A stretch of 64,000 bases of DNA, from the NCBI GenBank assembly GCA_030704615.1, contig CM060734.1:31806001-31870000 (forward strand), in the 5' to 3' direction. This DNA is from Takakia lepidozioides (lineage: Eukaryota > Plantae > Bryophyta). This document shows positions 42,212-55,800 of this stretch, piece after piece (positions within the stretch are counted from its first letter, which is position 1; every line of letters starts with the position of its first letter). The notes below the pieces were generated by a model. The model saw only the letters and a list, made by a program, of their open reading frames with translations, searched no databases and was not told where the DNA came from. The position numbers and the translations under genes are program-made.

Positions 42212-45200
42212 GCTCTCTGTCGTCTCTCCCGTTATTTCCATTTTATTTTTATTTTTATTTTATGGAAAACATACGTGTATATATGTATTTACCGTATTGT
42301 AGAGAAATACATTGAGAGGATGAATGAAGTGAGGAGATGGATGGAAGTAGGATGGATTTTTGTCAGAATTTTTATACAAGAATGAATGGATGATGTCATC
42401 CGCTAGGCTGAGTATTATGTAAGAGTGGATGAATGAGGATGGATGAGGCATGCATAGTAAGTCGGCATCTACGGATGCGGCGAATGAAAACTCTCTCTGT
42501 TGGTTGGAATGTGGATGAAGTTTGGTGAACTGTTATTTTCCTTATCTTGCACGCTCCCCTCTCTTCGCTTCGTCTCTCTCCCACAGCCCACAGTCTGGGA
42601 GAGAAGCAGGGATACATATTCCATGGCGGCCGTTTCTCTGCACCTCACATCTCTAACAGTGCCCAAAAGCACTTCCATTGAATGTAGGTGGCGGAAATCA
42701 TGCAGTTCGTCAGCTAGGTGCTCATCAGTGGCCCACTGTAGTGTTTCCAGGTTGTGTAGCAGGTCCATTAGGCAGGAATATGTCAGCAGGACGGGTGTCA
42801 ATGGGAGTAGCAGGAAGCAAGTGGTTAGAGCAGTTATCGATGAGGCTGTGGATACCGAGGCTGTGGGTACTGAGGCTGTGGAGGGTGAGGAGCTCACGTC
42901 TTCCGCAGAAAGTCTCTCCATGTACTTCAAGGTCATCAGTCCCTTCCTTTATTCTCCAACGGTGACTTTTTTTAGGGTTTTCAACCTCAATATTGCGTGT
43001 TTTGGCACCTCGACTTTATCCCGGCACTTTGTATTTAGTCCGGCTCTATGAAGCCAGAATTCTCAACTTCTGAGAAATTTGATGAAGTGTTCATAGGCAC
43101 GTCACGTGGTCAACATGGGGGAGTTGAGATTTGTTATGTCAGACTACAAGTCTGGTGAGCCTGCAGTGTGAATTCAGTCTGACGTAAGCAGACTGTTTAT
43201 CTACATGAATTGTACAACAGGCAGAGGGCGCGTTGGTCGAATCAGCGGTTCCAAAGGTGACCAAGGCTCTAGAGGTATGAATTTTCTTTGACATCAGCCA
43301 TGATCTCTTACCTCTTACCATTCTTTTTTTTGGTATTCACACGCCCTCACTTAGCCCCTCCTTACAAGTCTATTTAGAATCCGTGTGAGCCCAGCTAGAC
43401 TCAACTGGACCGCAGATGGCTCTTAAGGGGTATGAGAATCCACATTGAGATCTTCCCCGGGCTCCAGTCATGTCATGTGAAAGCCAATCATTACCCAACA
43501 AGTATTTTTTTCCCAACACCATTCAATTGTGGACTAAGGTATTTACATTAGGCTGTTGTTTCTTTGTCATAATTGTGGGGGATGGTGATTGTGAATGCAG
43601 AGCGCTGAGGGTGTAAGCAATGTGAAGGTGTACATTTCTGAGGGCGGTGGTACTGTTGAGGTAATTTTCTGATGTTGGGGAGATATGTGAGACCCTTAGC
43701 AAGGTACTTGTCAAGGGGGGGCTGAAACTTCTCAAATGAGGGTCTCACCCTTCTGGTAGGGCTACTACTTTCCGGACAGGAGTACATTACTTTGACCCAC
43801 CTGCATTGAACAAAGGACTTCACAAAATGTGACAACATGTCTGGCCCAGGAACACTATACTCTTGTTTCTAGAGGGCAGAAATATGAACAAACAACCCTG
43901 AGTCATCTTTCTCCTCCAAACAATGGGTAGGCCTTGTGATTAGCACATGAGGTCTTGAAGCTGTTCGATGAAGTCCTTCATTAGGACCTCTGTTCCCAGT
44001 TGCGACCGGAGTTTCTGAAATATTGGCACGTTAGGTTCTGTATGAAGTCTGAAGCTGTCAGGTTCAGGTTCAGACCTTGATTAGGATCTTTGTTCACAGT
44101 TTTAGTTGGTCAGAATCAGAGGCAAGACTCTGGTTTACGGTTGAAGAGTGCATATTTGAAACTGCGCTTTTGCCATCTGTTCGCTTTCCCGTCATCTCTA
44201 ATTCGGTTGCTTACGGGGACTGAACAGGGTGGAAGTTTAGATAAATGCACTCTATGTGGTTTTGAGAGAGAATGATTAGCCTTGGTATGAGTGGCATTGT
44301 CATATCTGCAGCCAAATTGGGGGAATGAAGACTGTGCCTTTTGGGATGGTAATGCCAGCCTACCAGTAGTCTGTGTCAATTTGAAGTTGGTTTGAAGATT
44401 TTGACCATCCCTCCCAAAGACCTTGAGATCCCTTTTGGCAAGATATGCTATGTTGAAAAGTTTTTTTTTCAGTCAACTGGAATGGTTCTGAGCAGCCTAT
44501 CCTTAACAGCACAATTTGGCTCCCCAAGAACTTCCAGTGACAAAAGCTAAGCTCTCCCAGTCTTTTCAGCACCCTAGCGGTAACCCTACTCCAGATTATG
44601 TCTGGTGAACACTAATGGGTGTAGCATGATTTCAGCTGGGCTGCTTGGGGAACAGAAGTTGAGATTGTGGCTCACATATTGGACCCACCCTTTTCATGCC
44701 CTTAAGCTTTTGAATAGCCCATCTGAGGTAGCGGAGCCAGCGGTCCTGCTATTATCGCAATATATCTGATTGAAATCGGGTCGATGTTCTCTGCAGTTGA
44801 CAAAACAGACCAGCATTCAAGCGACTGGAGTTGCATCAAGTTTGGTTGAGATTATAGAGCAAGCTGGGTTCAAAATGCATGCGCTAAGCTTAGGATTCGA
44901 TGAAGATGATGCAGATGATGATGAAGACATCGAGTATGACACATCCACTTATGTAGAGGAGGAAGAAAATGTGGCCACAGCTTAGATTCATATCCATGTT
45001 ACAACCCAATCCTTTTGATTAGTCACAGTTGTGACGAGTAATGGAAGTGCTTTTCTAATCCGTTCTGGATGGAAAGAGTTTCTTCACTCTTTCTCGAGCA
45101 TATGACACATGGAGCTCATTTCAGTAGCTTTGGAGTGTTAGTGTTGGGGTTCTTGGCCTGGGGTGAATTGGCATTTACGAGGGGTAATTTCTTTCGGTCA

Positions 45201-47327
45201 TAGACACATGGCTGGTCCTGGCCCTTGCCTGGGCTAGCAGGAAGGGAAGGAGAGCCGCAGGAAGTTGAGTGTTGGCCTCTTCCTGCCTTCAGCGCAAGAA
45301 TTCTGAGTTTAAAATTATAATCTACTATCAGTGCTCTTGCAATGTGAGCTTTTAGGTGGCATCTGCAGTCTTCGATGGGGAGCTGATAGTTGAGAGTCTT
45401 AAAAGTTGTCATTGCTCTTCATAAATGATGGGTTGCTTACATTATTTCAATGGAGTCTATCTTTATCAAGGGAGCTCCTCCTTAGATCTGTTGTTCAACG
45501 AACTTGAACCCCATTCAAAATTGAGGGGCATGGGATGATGCAAAAATGAGGTATGTGAGAATGGCTTGTAAAAGTCTGAAGGCATTGAAAGAGGGACTCC
45601 ACCAAGGAGGCAAAGTCTTGGCACTGGACCTGTGACACTGGACCTGTGATTTTGAAGATCCAAAGCTGAGACACACGGTGTCTTAGTCCCTTCACCAAAT
45701 GAAGACCCTTGACTTTTTCACCAGCCAATTCCCAGGTGTTTCTAGAGCTCGGAATACTTTCTGGTCTGATCAAGCACAATCATGATACTGGCAAGTCGTG
45801 TCCTTCCTTGCTAGACAGAATTGATCAACAAGCACAGCAGCACTCTTCATGGCTTCAGCTGTGTCATTCTTGTACTCCCTCACTCTGATACTACAATGTG
45901 CCAGAAATTGTTCACATGTACAACTCTATTGCTTTAGTATAACCAGCAAGTGTTGGTTTTTGGCAGGCTTCTGCAATAGGTTGATGGCACTGCATGGATT
46001 GCCAATTGTTGGTAAACATAACAAACACAGTGGTTCTTGGTAACCCATTTGGATGTGGCTTTCTAGATTTGAAGAGGTGGAAGGAGAGCATGAAAAGGTA
46101 GATTTGGGAGATGAAGAGGTAGGTTGTTACAACAGACTATTCCATGACAGGTATAATATGCTATCTTCAACTCAATCGATTCGGTTACAAGTCAGAAGTT
46201 CCACCACTCAATCAAGAGAAACGAATGGAATACTCACTGTTCAAGAATAGGATGCCTGCTCCTATCACCACATTTACTACCAAACAAATAAAAATCAAAC
46301 AGTTACATGGCCAATAGCCTAGTTCCCAGGTGCTGCTTTTCTGCCACGAACATTGTTCCTCTGTTGACAAATCGTTGCTTCCCTCCAAATCACAACAGTC
46401 ACTCAAAAGAAAGAGGGTTGCAAAATGGTGGGTACAAGCAGGGCAAGACTTACAAGGGTTTTGTGAGAGAGATGAGGATATGGGACTGGAAAATGTTGAG
46501 CCATACCATGGTTATATTATGGTTGATGCAGGAGCTTCGTTTGTACTCTGTAGATCGCTCACAAGTCAAATCATATTCTAAATTGGCAACGGTGGTAGAA
46601 TCATGACGGATGTTTTTTTTTTTTTTTTTTTTGCTGGAGAGACGATGAAGCTGGGAGAATCAAACTTGTGCTTGACTTGGAGACAGCGTAGTCCGTGGAG
46701 CAACCACCAGCGTCATCAAATTACAGGTTAAGTAGATGAAGGAAAACTGCACCCACCCATGGATTCAGCAACATGTCAAAGCAACTTCATGATTTGTTTC
46801 AAAGAGTTTAGTTGGAAGATCTTAAAATAATAGAACTTAAGTTTTCTGGTAGAGCTAGTATTAGTCATGGGAAGAACATCTCGAGGTACAAGTAAAGGAG
46901 AACTACCATATGAACTCTGAGTTCTCTCTCGAGGAGAAGAGAGAGAAAAGAATGACAATTCTCTGCATTATGTTGGTCTTCCACAGTTTTGCCATCATAG
47001 CCATCCTGCAGCCATTGATGATAAATCACCTATGATCAGGGTATAGAGCAAGAAATGATTGGCTCTCCCCAAGGCGGTTCTCCTCAAGGCTTCAATCCGC
47101 GAGGCTATGGCCCTCCTCAGCAATTCCCTCCAGGATTTAGACCTCCTCAACCAACTGGCCCTCCTCAAGGATTCAGACCTCCTCAATATGTTGGCCGCCC
47201 TCCACAAGTATTCCAATATCCCCAACCCTTCGGCCCTGGAGCTCCAGGGCCAAGACCTCCTCAATCCTATGGCACTCCTCAGGGATTTCAGCCTCCTCAA
47301 CGTTTTGGGCCTCCTCAGCTTGTCGGA

Positions 47328-47800
47328 CCTCAAGGATTCCGACCCCAACAACCCTTTGACCCTCCTCAGCCTGTCGGTTCTCAAGGATTCCGACCCCAAC
47401 AACCCTTTGGCCCTCCTCAGCCTGTCGGTCCTCAAGGATTCCGACCTCAACAACACTTTGGCCCTCCTCAGCCTGTTGGCGCTCAAGGATTCCGACCCCA
47501 ACAAGCCTTTGGCCCTCCTCAGCCTGTCGGTCCTCAAGGATTTCAGCAACAATTTAGTCCTCAGCCTGCTGCTCCTCAAGGATTCCGACCCCAACAAGCC
47601 TTTGGCCCTCCTCAGCCTGTCGGTCCTCAAGGATTTCAGCAAAAATTTGGTCCTCAGCCTGCTGCTCCTCAAGGATTTCGTCCCCAACAACCCTTTAACC
47701 CTCCTCAGCCTGTTGCTCCTCAAGGATTCCGGCCCCGACAACCCGTCAGCCCTCAAGGTTTTGGACCCCTACAACACTTTGATCCTCCAGGATTCCGCGC
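47328..47800 (+). repeat. Coding minisatellite, 51-nt unit with 42-nt variants
   Basis: cctcaaggattccgaccccaacaaccctttggccctcctcagcctgtcggt encodes PQGFRPQQPFGPPQPVG; about 9 copies, with degenerate copies back to 47070. Confidence 0.93.
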
Positions 47801-48775
47801 CCAACAGCCAATTGGCTCTCCTGAACCCTCTGGTTCTCCTCAATCACCCAATTCATCTGCGCCCCCACAATCGTCTCAATCTTTTAGCCGTCGTACGTCC
47901 ACGAGCGGCCCCGCTCTACAACCACTATTTGACAGCATTTCCGAAGGCTCTCCGTTGAGCTATACGCAGCTGTTTTCATTTCAGGTGGCACACAACAACC
48001 TGGATGATGGTATGACCTCAACACAAGCAATGGGCATGGGACTCCTCAGGAGAAAGGCAATCCTCTTCTCCACTCATCTGAATACGTTTGATCAGGCCAT
48101 GCCCTTGTTTCTTTTTTCTTACTTTAGTTTGCATCACAGTCCTGAAGCCTGTTGTTGTACCAGATAAAATCTGGAGCAAGAAATTGCGGCTAGTGATAGA
48201 TTCTGGTTGACAACCTCAAACGGCAATCAAGCTATCAACACTTTTATGAGGAGGCTAGGCTTGTTATGTACAACCATTGTGCCCCATGTTACGAACTAAC
48301 TTAGCAGATTTTTGTTGGTGGGTTGTCAGTGCAGTCAAAGGCAGAATGGAAACGCTCAATCTTGGAGGTGGACTTCACAAGTCGTGTATTTTTAATGCAA
48401 AACAAGGACCGCGTCGTTGCAGTACAGTTTGCTTCTACTTTCATGCCTTGTCTCTGTTTTGCTATATAGCAGGCCGACAGTAATAACAATGTTCTTTGGA
48501 AGTTGCAGATGTCATAAAAACTTACAGAGCTCAATTTTCGTACATTCACCCATGTGATGGCTAGTATGTAGGAGAACTGTAGATGTCAGGATGAAACGGC
48601 TTCTCACTGATCTGTATTTTTGTTGGGGGCCAGTCGCAGCCCTTTACAGCTTGGCAAAAGAATGCAAGTGCTGCTTGGCAATCTGAAGACTCACTTCGAT
48701 CTCCCTTGGTTGGCATGCGATTCAGGTTTCTTCCATGCACAAAACTTTCAATGCATTTAGATATAGTGAAAGAGA

Positions 48776-49870
48776 GAAATGAAATGAAATGAAATGGTGC
48801 TTTATAATATCCGCGGAAAGCTCATAGAGCTTATGGGACAAAATGGAAGAAAACATGAGAGAGGAAACAAAACCGAAACCCAAGAATAAGAACTATTGTT
48901 CTAGTGATTGTCTAAGGGTGAAGGCCTCGTGTAGGTAAACTGCCAAGCATTTCTGATCCTCATAGTGGAAGACTTCAGTGAGAGATTGGGTTCCACTGAA
49001 TAAACAGTGGAATCTCCCATGGATCTCGTAGTATAGAAGGCAGTAGAAGAAGAAGTGTTCTTCGGTTTCAATTTCCCGGCTGCGCCCTATGCAAGCTGGA
49101 CATAGGAGGTCCTCCCGTTGCAGGTTTTCCCATCTGCCAGTCTCTATCCGTCGGTTGTGGGAACCCACCCTGAACCGCCCCAATGCCCTCAGGAGGGAAG
49201 GAGATAAAGATGCTGAAAGGTAATTTGGCCTCAAGATTCTGTCCTCTCGGAGCACCAAGAATGTCTCTCGATAGAAGTGGAGCTTTGTCGAGAGATTGGG
49301 TAGCTTCCAAGTTCTCTTGACATGTAATTCCATAAGCTCTCTCCTAATGAGTCTGTTGCAGTCATGTCTGGATGTGATGTCCACCCCTTCTGAATTCATC
49401 GGTAATAGGGAAGCATTAGAGAGTCCATTGCGCTGAAATAAACTGTCCACTCGAGCATACCAGGAGTGCCCGAAACCTGTAGCTTTGAGCCTCATAGATG
49501 TTGAGAGGGATCTTGCCACGAGCCCCTTGGGTGGAAGGGCCTGTAATCTATGGAGAAAGATTGTAAGCCGGAAGAGGGCCTCGGTTTGCAATGGTATGCA
49601 TGCGAACTCTGCACCTAGGATATGAGATGGAGTTGTGCTTCTGGCGCCAAGCATTGCTTGGAGAAAAGATGACTGCAATGGTTCCAGATTCTTTTCCCAC
49701 CAGGAGACAGGAACACCAGAGGCCCAGAACTCGCAATAGCAGAGCTGACAACGGTGTCAAACAGCCACTTTTTGGTTGGGTGGTGACGCAGATGTATTTG
49801 TTTGCATTTGGCCTGACGGTGGACGGAGGCCGCCTTACCTTTAGTCAATCTGTCCAGGGCAGTGGCTGCA
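48776..49870 (-). mobile_element. 5'-truncated LINE 3' end (RTEX-like or L2-group) with a (CATTT)n tail
   Basis: ORF 49678-48893 reads LGARSTTPSHILGAEF...RFRVGSHNRRIETGRW...CPAC...ETEEHFFFYC. The plus-strand run gaaatgaaatgaaatgaaatg at 48776-48796 is the 3' microsatellite tail. Confidence 0.85.
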
Positions 49871-52800
49871 AAGTGGAATTCCGGGAGAAAAGATGAAAAG
49901 ATGTAGGCAGAGAGGAAAGATGTAGGCAGGCCTAAGCTAGCGTAAAAGAGACTAATACCTCAACAGGGGACCTCATTGAGGGTGGGCTCTGTGGGAATAG
50001 CTCACAAATTTGCCTCAAATACTAGGTTGTTTCTTGCAGATCAGAGCAATGGCAATTGATGACCCAAAATGGTGAAGAAAAACGATGCCTTATGCATCTG
50101 CTGCAGGTAGTTTCCATCAAGCTCCCTGTTAGTCGCTTCACTTGAGGCTATGATCTGCAGAGAATCCCCTCTCATCCACCTAAAGACAAATGCCCTTGTT
50201 ATCCTCCCTATAACCCAGAATTGAAGATTGGGGAGGGGCATGCCTTAGATGCCTTCCTTTGCAAATCACTTCAACTCCTCTCTTTTCCCCTTCCAATATA
50301 ACATACTTGTAGGGAGGAATAAAAGAAACCAAATAGGAAAAAAGTACCATTTTGCAAAGCTTTGTGAAACATCTTCCAGCACATCAATTCTTGTTCGGGC
50401 GGCCACCCCACTGTTCTTACGGCTCTGTTGAACTGCTTTGGTTATCATACTTATAAACCGATCTTTGCTGTGCAGTGTGTGGAAAACAATATAACGGCAG
50501 AGGCTGCCATAAGTTCTGCTGACTCCACTATCCTTGGGCTGGTACCATGTTACCCCTAATTTTCCCTTCTTATTTGCAAGCTACAACTTTTCCCTCGATG
50601 GCCTGTGTGTTGAGCAGTAGGCTCTGTATCACTGGACGTTAAAGAAACTTTATCTTTATCTTTATCTTTAAAACTTGTGAGCCCTGTAAAAAATTTCTAG
50701 TTGGGAGAATGTCATACTTCAGACAGGTAAGTTTTGAGGATAATTTTAACCTTAAGGATATTTCAGTTCCTGCTACAACCCTTGATGGTTTTGTCGTGTA
50801 CTTTTCTACTGGTGAGGAGATAGGATGCGAAGGTGATCAAGCGTGGTCCTATATTGAAAAAAACCAAAGGGAAGCTCAAGACTGATAGCATGTATTTTCT
50901 CGTCCTCATTCCTGGGAAGCTTTTCCTATTTAAGGTGAACTCTCCACACCTTCTTTGAAGCCTTCTTGTGAAAGTTATCCTGCACAGGAATAGCCCGTTT
51001 TGGGCCTCCTCCTCTCTCCCCGACGTCTCCGATATTCTCTTACTCTATGGGCATTGCTATAGCCATGAGTATAGGTTTGAGACTTTATTGTTCAAACCTC
51101 TCCTGATCTCCTGCATTCAGTTCAAAAAATGGAGACATGTCACGATCGAGCTCAACCTATGGATAGAAGGGAACTAAACCCCCTTTAGGTTGACCTCAAG
51201 AGCTCTTTAGATTCATGACGACTTTGTTAGTACTGGTACCCATCACGTAAGTAGCTGCACGGAAAACTGTGTACATTAACAACGAATATACAATGGATTC
51301 ATTTTGAAAAGAGACAATAATAGTCAAATAATTTGGTGTGTTGCTCACATTGTTGCTCTGTGTAGGCTACATCTTGAAGGACTTCTGTGCATATAGACCC
51401 ACATATGAAGCATCTGTAAGCCAACGATTGTTCTTCGTAGCCCACAAGCATAATGAACTAAAGTTTTGACCACAGAGTACTTACCCTGAGCACTCACGTC
51501 CTTAGATTCCACATGATAAAATCCAATACTTTGCTCAAAATATGGATATATTACATAAAGCAGGGTTGGGTCAACTGAGATTGTCTATCTTGGTGTGTAT
51601 GGTGAACAGAATGGACAGATAGGGGGTCAGCACGTACGCTCTGTGACAACGCTTCTTGAAGCTGGTATACGTGTACGCTCTCATCTCCTTCCATACATGG
51701 CTTGGATTATGTAACTAGCTATCATCGAAGTTTCATACTCAGCCCACATCTAATAGGAACTCTGTGATATGAATCCTTGTTCCACGCAGCAAGAATGTCG
51801 CTAGCGTCAGCAAGTGCGATTGTTGTGGGCATTTTTCATCGAAATCCCGTACATTTCGTGCAACCTAATATCACGTGCGGCTTATGATCGCTCATTCTCT
51901 CTTAATCTGGATTAACAAACTCCTCGCGTGGAGAAATTCGAGGCTCCAGAAATTGCATCTAGCTGTTTCCATGTGGCGCATGCCATCCATAGACATATTA
52001 ATGCAAACTGTGATCTATCAAATGAGCTCTCAAGTGAACATTATTCTGAAGCTACTTACAACGAGATCGAAGCATTCTTCAAGAGTGGAAAAGTCATGCT
52101 AGTTGCAATCTATTTTTCACCTGTAGTAGTAGTCTATACTTGACTGACTGTTCTTGTGAACCTAGTATCAATTGGCTATGTATGATGTACGCTTTCCCTA
52201 GGGACATCAGTTACTATACTAGAACCCTCCCACTGCCGTTTGGGGAGGTTTAACTTTCAAGGGGATATATCTACTTGTTGTGGGGGCAGTGGGAAGAAGC
52301 TTACCTTGAGTTCGACCAGTGTATATTATTCTAACCCACAAAGAGCTTATCAACTTTAAATCAAATGGAATGGGTTTATTGGGAGGGCTCAGATGGTTCA
52401 AGGGCTCGAATTTGAGATACTAGTTCCTGGAAGCAAGAGCATCAATCTGATCCCAGCGAACGTGGTACGGACCCATGATCCAAGTTTTTGATCCTTGCCT
52501 TTTAAGAAACCCCGTCAAGATTGTTTATGGACAATGTTCATGAATGTGCTCAAACCCGAAGGACCGCTGGCCAATGTGTTAGTCTGAGCAAGAATGTTTT
52601 CTCTGATTTCTTGCTCTGTTCAACTGTAGATTCCAGATAGATTGCTGAAGTTCTGCTCATTTGAGTAAGAGTTGGGAGTACATATCATTTGAAAACGGCT
52701 ATTATAATAAGAAGTCGAGGCATTGTTCGCATTGCAGGACGATTTGACAGAGTGGATTGGAGCCCTTGGAAAATCAGCTGACTATGCACGAGGGATACTT

Positions 52801-55800
52801 AAAGGAGACAATTATGATCATACTGGACCTGAGGTATAGTTTCTGCCAACAAGTAGTAAAGCATAGAATCTAGATACATGCATCCTCGTGTGCACTAGAC
52901 ATGCATCGTATCGTGATTGTACCGTGACAGTACTTACAAAGCCAAAGCAGTTCTTCTTAAGTTAGTTTTTTATAATCCTACCTAGATTCAACGAGTTTGT
53001 TTCGGTTTAACACATGCTTTGATCACTATAATAGTATGTTGATAGGAGGCAGTAGGATCAGCACAAGATGAGTCACCATCTGGCGACGTGGAAGGGAGAG
53101 ACTTCAATGAGGGAGGATATGGTATAGACGATCATGACGAGGGTGGAAACTATCAAGAAAGCTTTGACCAAGTCCATGATGGAGCCTATGAGACACACGA
53201 CCACTTAAAAGCTCGACACCACAAGGGAAAAGACCACCGAAGTCGAGATTGGAAAGGTTTCAAGTGGAATGAAGGTCGGCACAGTAGAGACCGTGGGAGA
53301 AGAGATGTCCGAGACTGGCATGGTGGAGGTTATCATGAGTCAACCAGCTCAACTGCAACTGTAAGAGCTCTAGAAATCTCTTATCTACTCAGGTGCCATC
53401 ATGATTGACCTTTTCCAAATCAAAGTACTGTCTGTGGAATTCCCTCTAAAGTTTCTAGATTTAGCATCGATGGACATTGTGTGGTCTATCATAAATTGGT
53501 GGGATTCATGTATCTGCTTACCAGGGGCCACCTCCAACTTTTCAGAAGCCACGGGCAGAAAACAATGATTTCATGAAAATGACCACAGAGAGATGGAGAG
53601 AAGAGAGGGAAAACGATTATGTTAGACTGCCCGGAAATCCGATAGCTGGAAACCCAATGGGGTCCAATCCCATGGGTGGTGGAGGTATAATTCAGTTCTA
53701 CATTGAAAATGGAGGTAACTCAGTGACGCCCTCCCAAATCTTTACTTGCCAAACAGACAATATGGAATATTCATGTCTTCATCATCACATTCAAAGCTGA
53801 CACTAGTCAATCAAGTGCTTTTAGAGGATTCTGTAAGGTAGTTCGAACAACTATTTGCTCAACACATCATGAATAATGTATAATGGATTAGGACATCACA
53901 TGATCCAGGACGATAAATTTATTGTGCAGGTCGGGGACACAACTTAAATCCACACCTGGATGCGAGAGGTGATTACGAATGTGAGAGATCAAGAGAGTAT
54001 ATAAGTCGTGGAGATCATTCTAGTGACTCACGGACAAGGGGTTCACATAATGAATCTTCTCCAAGAAACAAACCCTCGAGACGCAATCATGGAAAGAGAC
54101 AAGTCTTTCAAGACCGAAAATGTTACAATACGCAAAAGAATAGTGGATATAAGAAGCACCCTAGTCATCACGTCGATAACTTCAATATACAAGATGATAA
54201 CGAAGGTATTGATGAACGAGAAAGCCTTTCGTCTGGAGGGGACCAAACAGTCTGTGGAAGTAGCAAGGATGTTTGTGGAGGACATCATGGTTCATGTGGA
54301 GGTTGTAGGGAGGATGAGTTATATGATGAAGAATATGACAGTATATGTGGTGGTAGAGAAGAGTATAACAACAAGGACTTCTGTAATGAGAGATCGTACA
54401 CGAGAGTGTCTCCATGTGTTTATGGAGATGAGTTTAGAGGTTCAAAACAAGACAACAAAGTTAGAAAACAATTTCGAAATTTTGATCACAGTAGCAAACC
54501 TGGATCAGTTTACAGTGGGGGGCACGATTATCATGAAAGGGAAAACAGTTCTGGATCGCGAGAACCTCGAAATAGGGATGACAATGAAAGCTGGGATGTA
54601 GAAAATGAATATCCTAATTTCAAGTATGAGAGACAATATGACCAATTATCAGAGAAGTCAAAATCTATAGATAGTAGTATGTCACATGGTCGGGAGAGAA
54701 GAGGTAGAGATAGATCAAACGAAGGGTCGATTATGGATTATGATCAAAATGAGCAAAGAGATGCGAGCATGAATTGTCACGAGAGGCACAAAGATCCATC
54801 GTCATCAAGGAGACATATGGAGAAAATTAGTGATTGTGATAATTATCGAAATATTAGTCTAGCGCATCATCATCTTAAGCTTCGAAATGAAAGTCAAGGT
54901 GGAGAGCATACACACCATAGTTTTGAGGATGGTCCTAATGTAAGGCAAGCCAAGAATAAAGGAGAACTTAAGAATTCGAAAGCTAGAGATGATCATGGGA
55001 GAGATTATAGGCACGTTAATCAGATTATCGGGGAGGTTGATGATAGAGATATTAAAAGATTGGATAGAAGACAACGAGGTCGTTCATGGGAGGAGGTTCA
55101 GCTTCAAGAAAAACGGGTTGATTATTTTAATATTGAAGATAATAATTTTGTACGCTCACCTCGAGAAGATGAAGGACACCGTGACACTAGCAGAAGACAA
55201 CGACAGCGGTCATTGGAGGAGGTTGAGTCTGAAGAAGGAAGAAAAAATGATAATTATAGTAATGTGCCAAGTAATGATCTCGGTCGTGGAGGACCACCAA
55301 GGGTGAATATAGGTCCTTCCTTTGAGGAGTTTGAGATTGAAGAACAAGATGACAATGACTTTGCCAATGAACATCTGCCTTACAAAGAAAATCCGGCGTT
55401 GAGAGATGAAAATACATTAATTATAACATATGAGGAAGTTGACTCAAAACATGACAACAAGAGAGATTTTCATCAAACGACGACAAGAACATTGATGCAT
55501 CAGATCACTCCTCCCTTATATGATGAAGATCAAGACAGGTTTGGAATTAGCTACACAGACTCTGACAATAGACATAAACATGAGACTACGCGAGATTTTG
55601 GGGTTGGAGTTAGAGAGCGAAACAATGATCCATCGAAGGATCTCCTAGAGACAAGAAGTTACGACAAAGACCACCGTTTCGGAAGATTTGATAAGACAAC
55701 TTTGTATTCTTCGCAAAGCCTTCACGAAGATGGCGATATGCAACCTACACGATATGGTTCGACAAGTCGTCTTGCAAACCAAGTAGAACCTTTCCAAATG

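Noticed and set aside
42469-46700. Possible minus-strand gene convergent with CFAP57 (ORF 42469-42936, exon-like 43801-43858, Ser-rich stretches)
   Set aside because: Stops in all frames and no recognisable motif. It may be a decayed gene, but I cannot support a call.
46995-47958. Long overlapping ORFs in another plus frame (299 aa, L/S/D-rich) and on the minus strand (253 aa, R/L-rich)
   Set aside because: These are by-products of a 3n coding minisatellite that lacks stops. The PQGF frame begins with ATG and continues into non-repeat sequence.
50041-50448. Minus-strand frame with two stops that looks like a gene fragment
   Set aside because: No family recognised; too short and disrupted.
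54008-54601. 197-aa ORF overlapping the terminal exon
   Set aside because: An alternate frame of exon 53930-56109, whose main frame is open from the splice acceptor.
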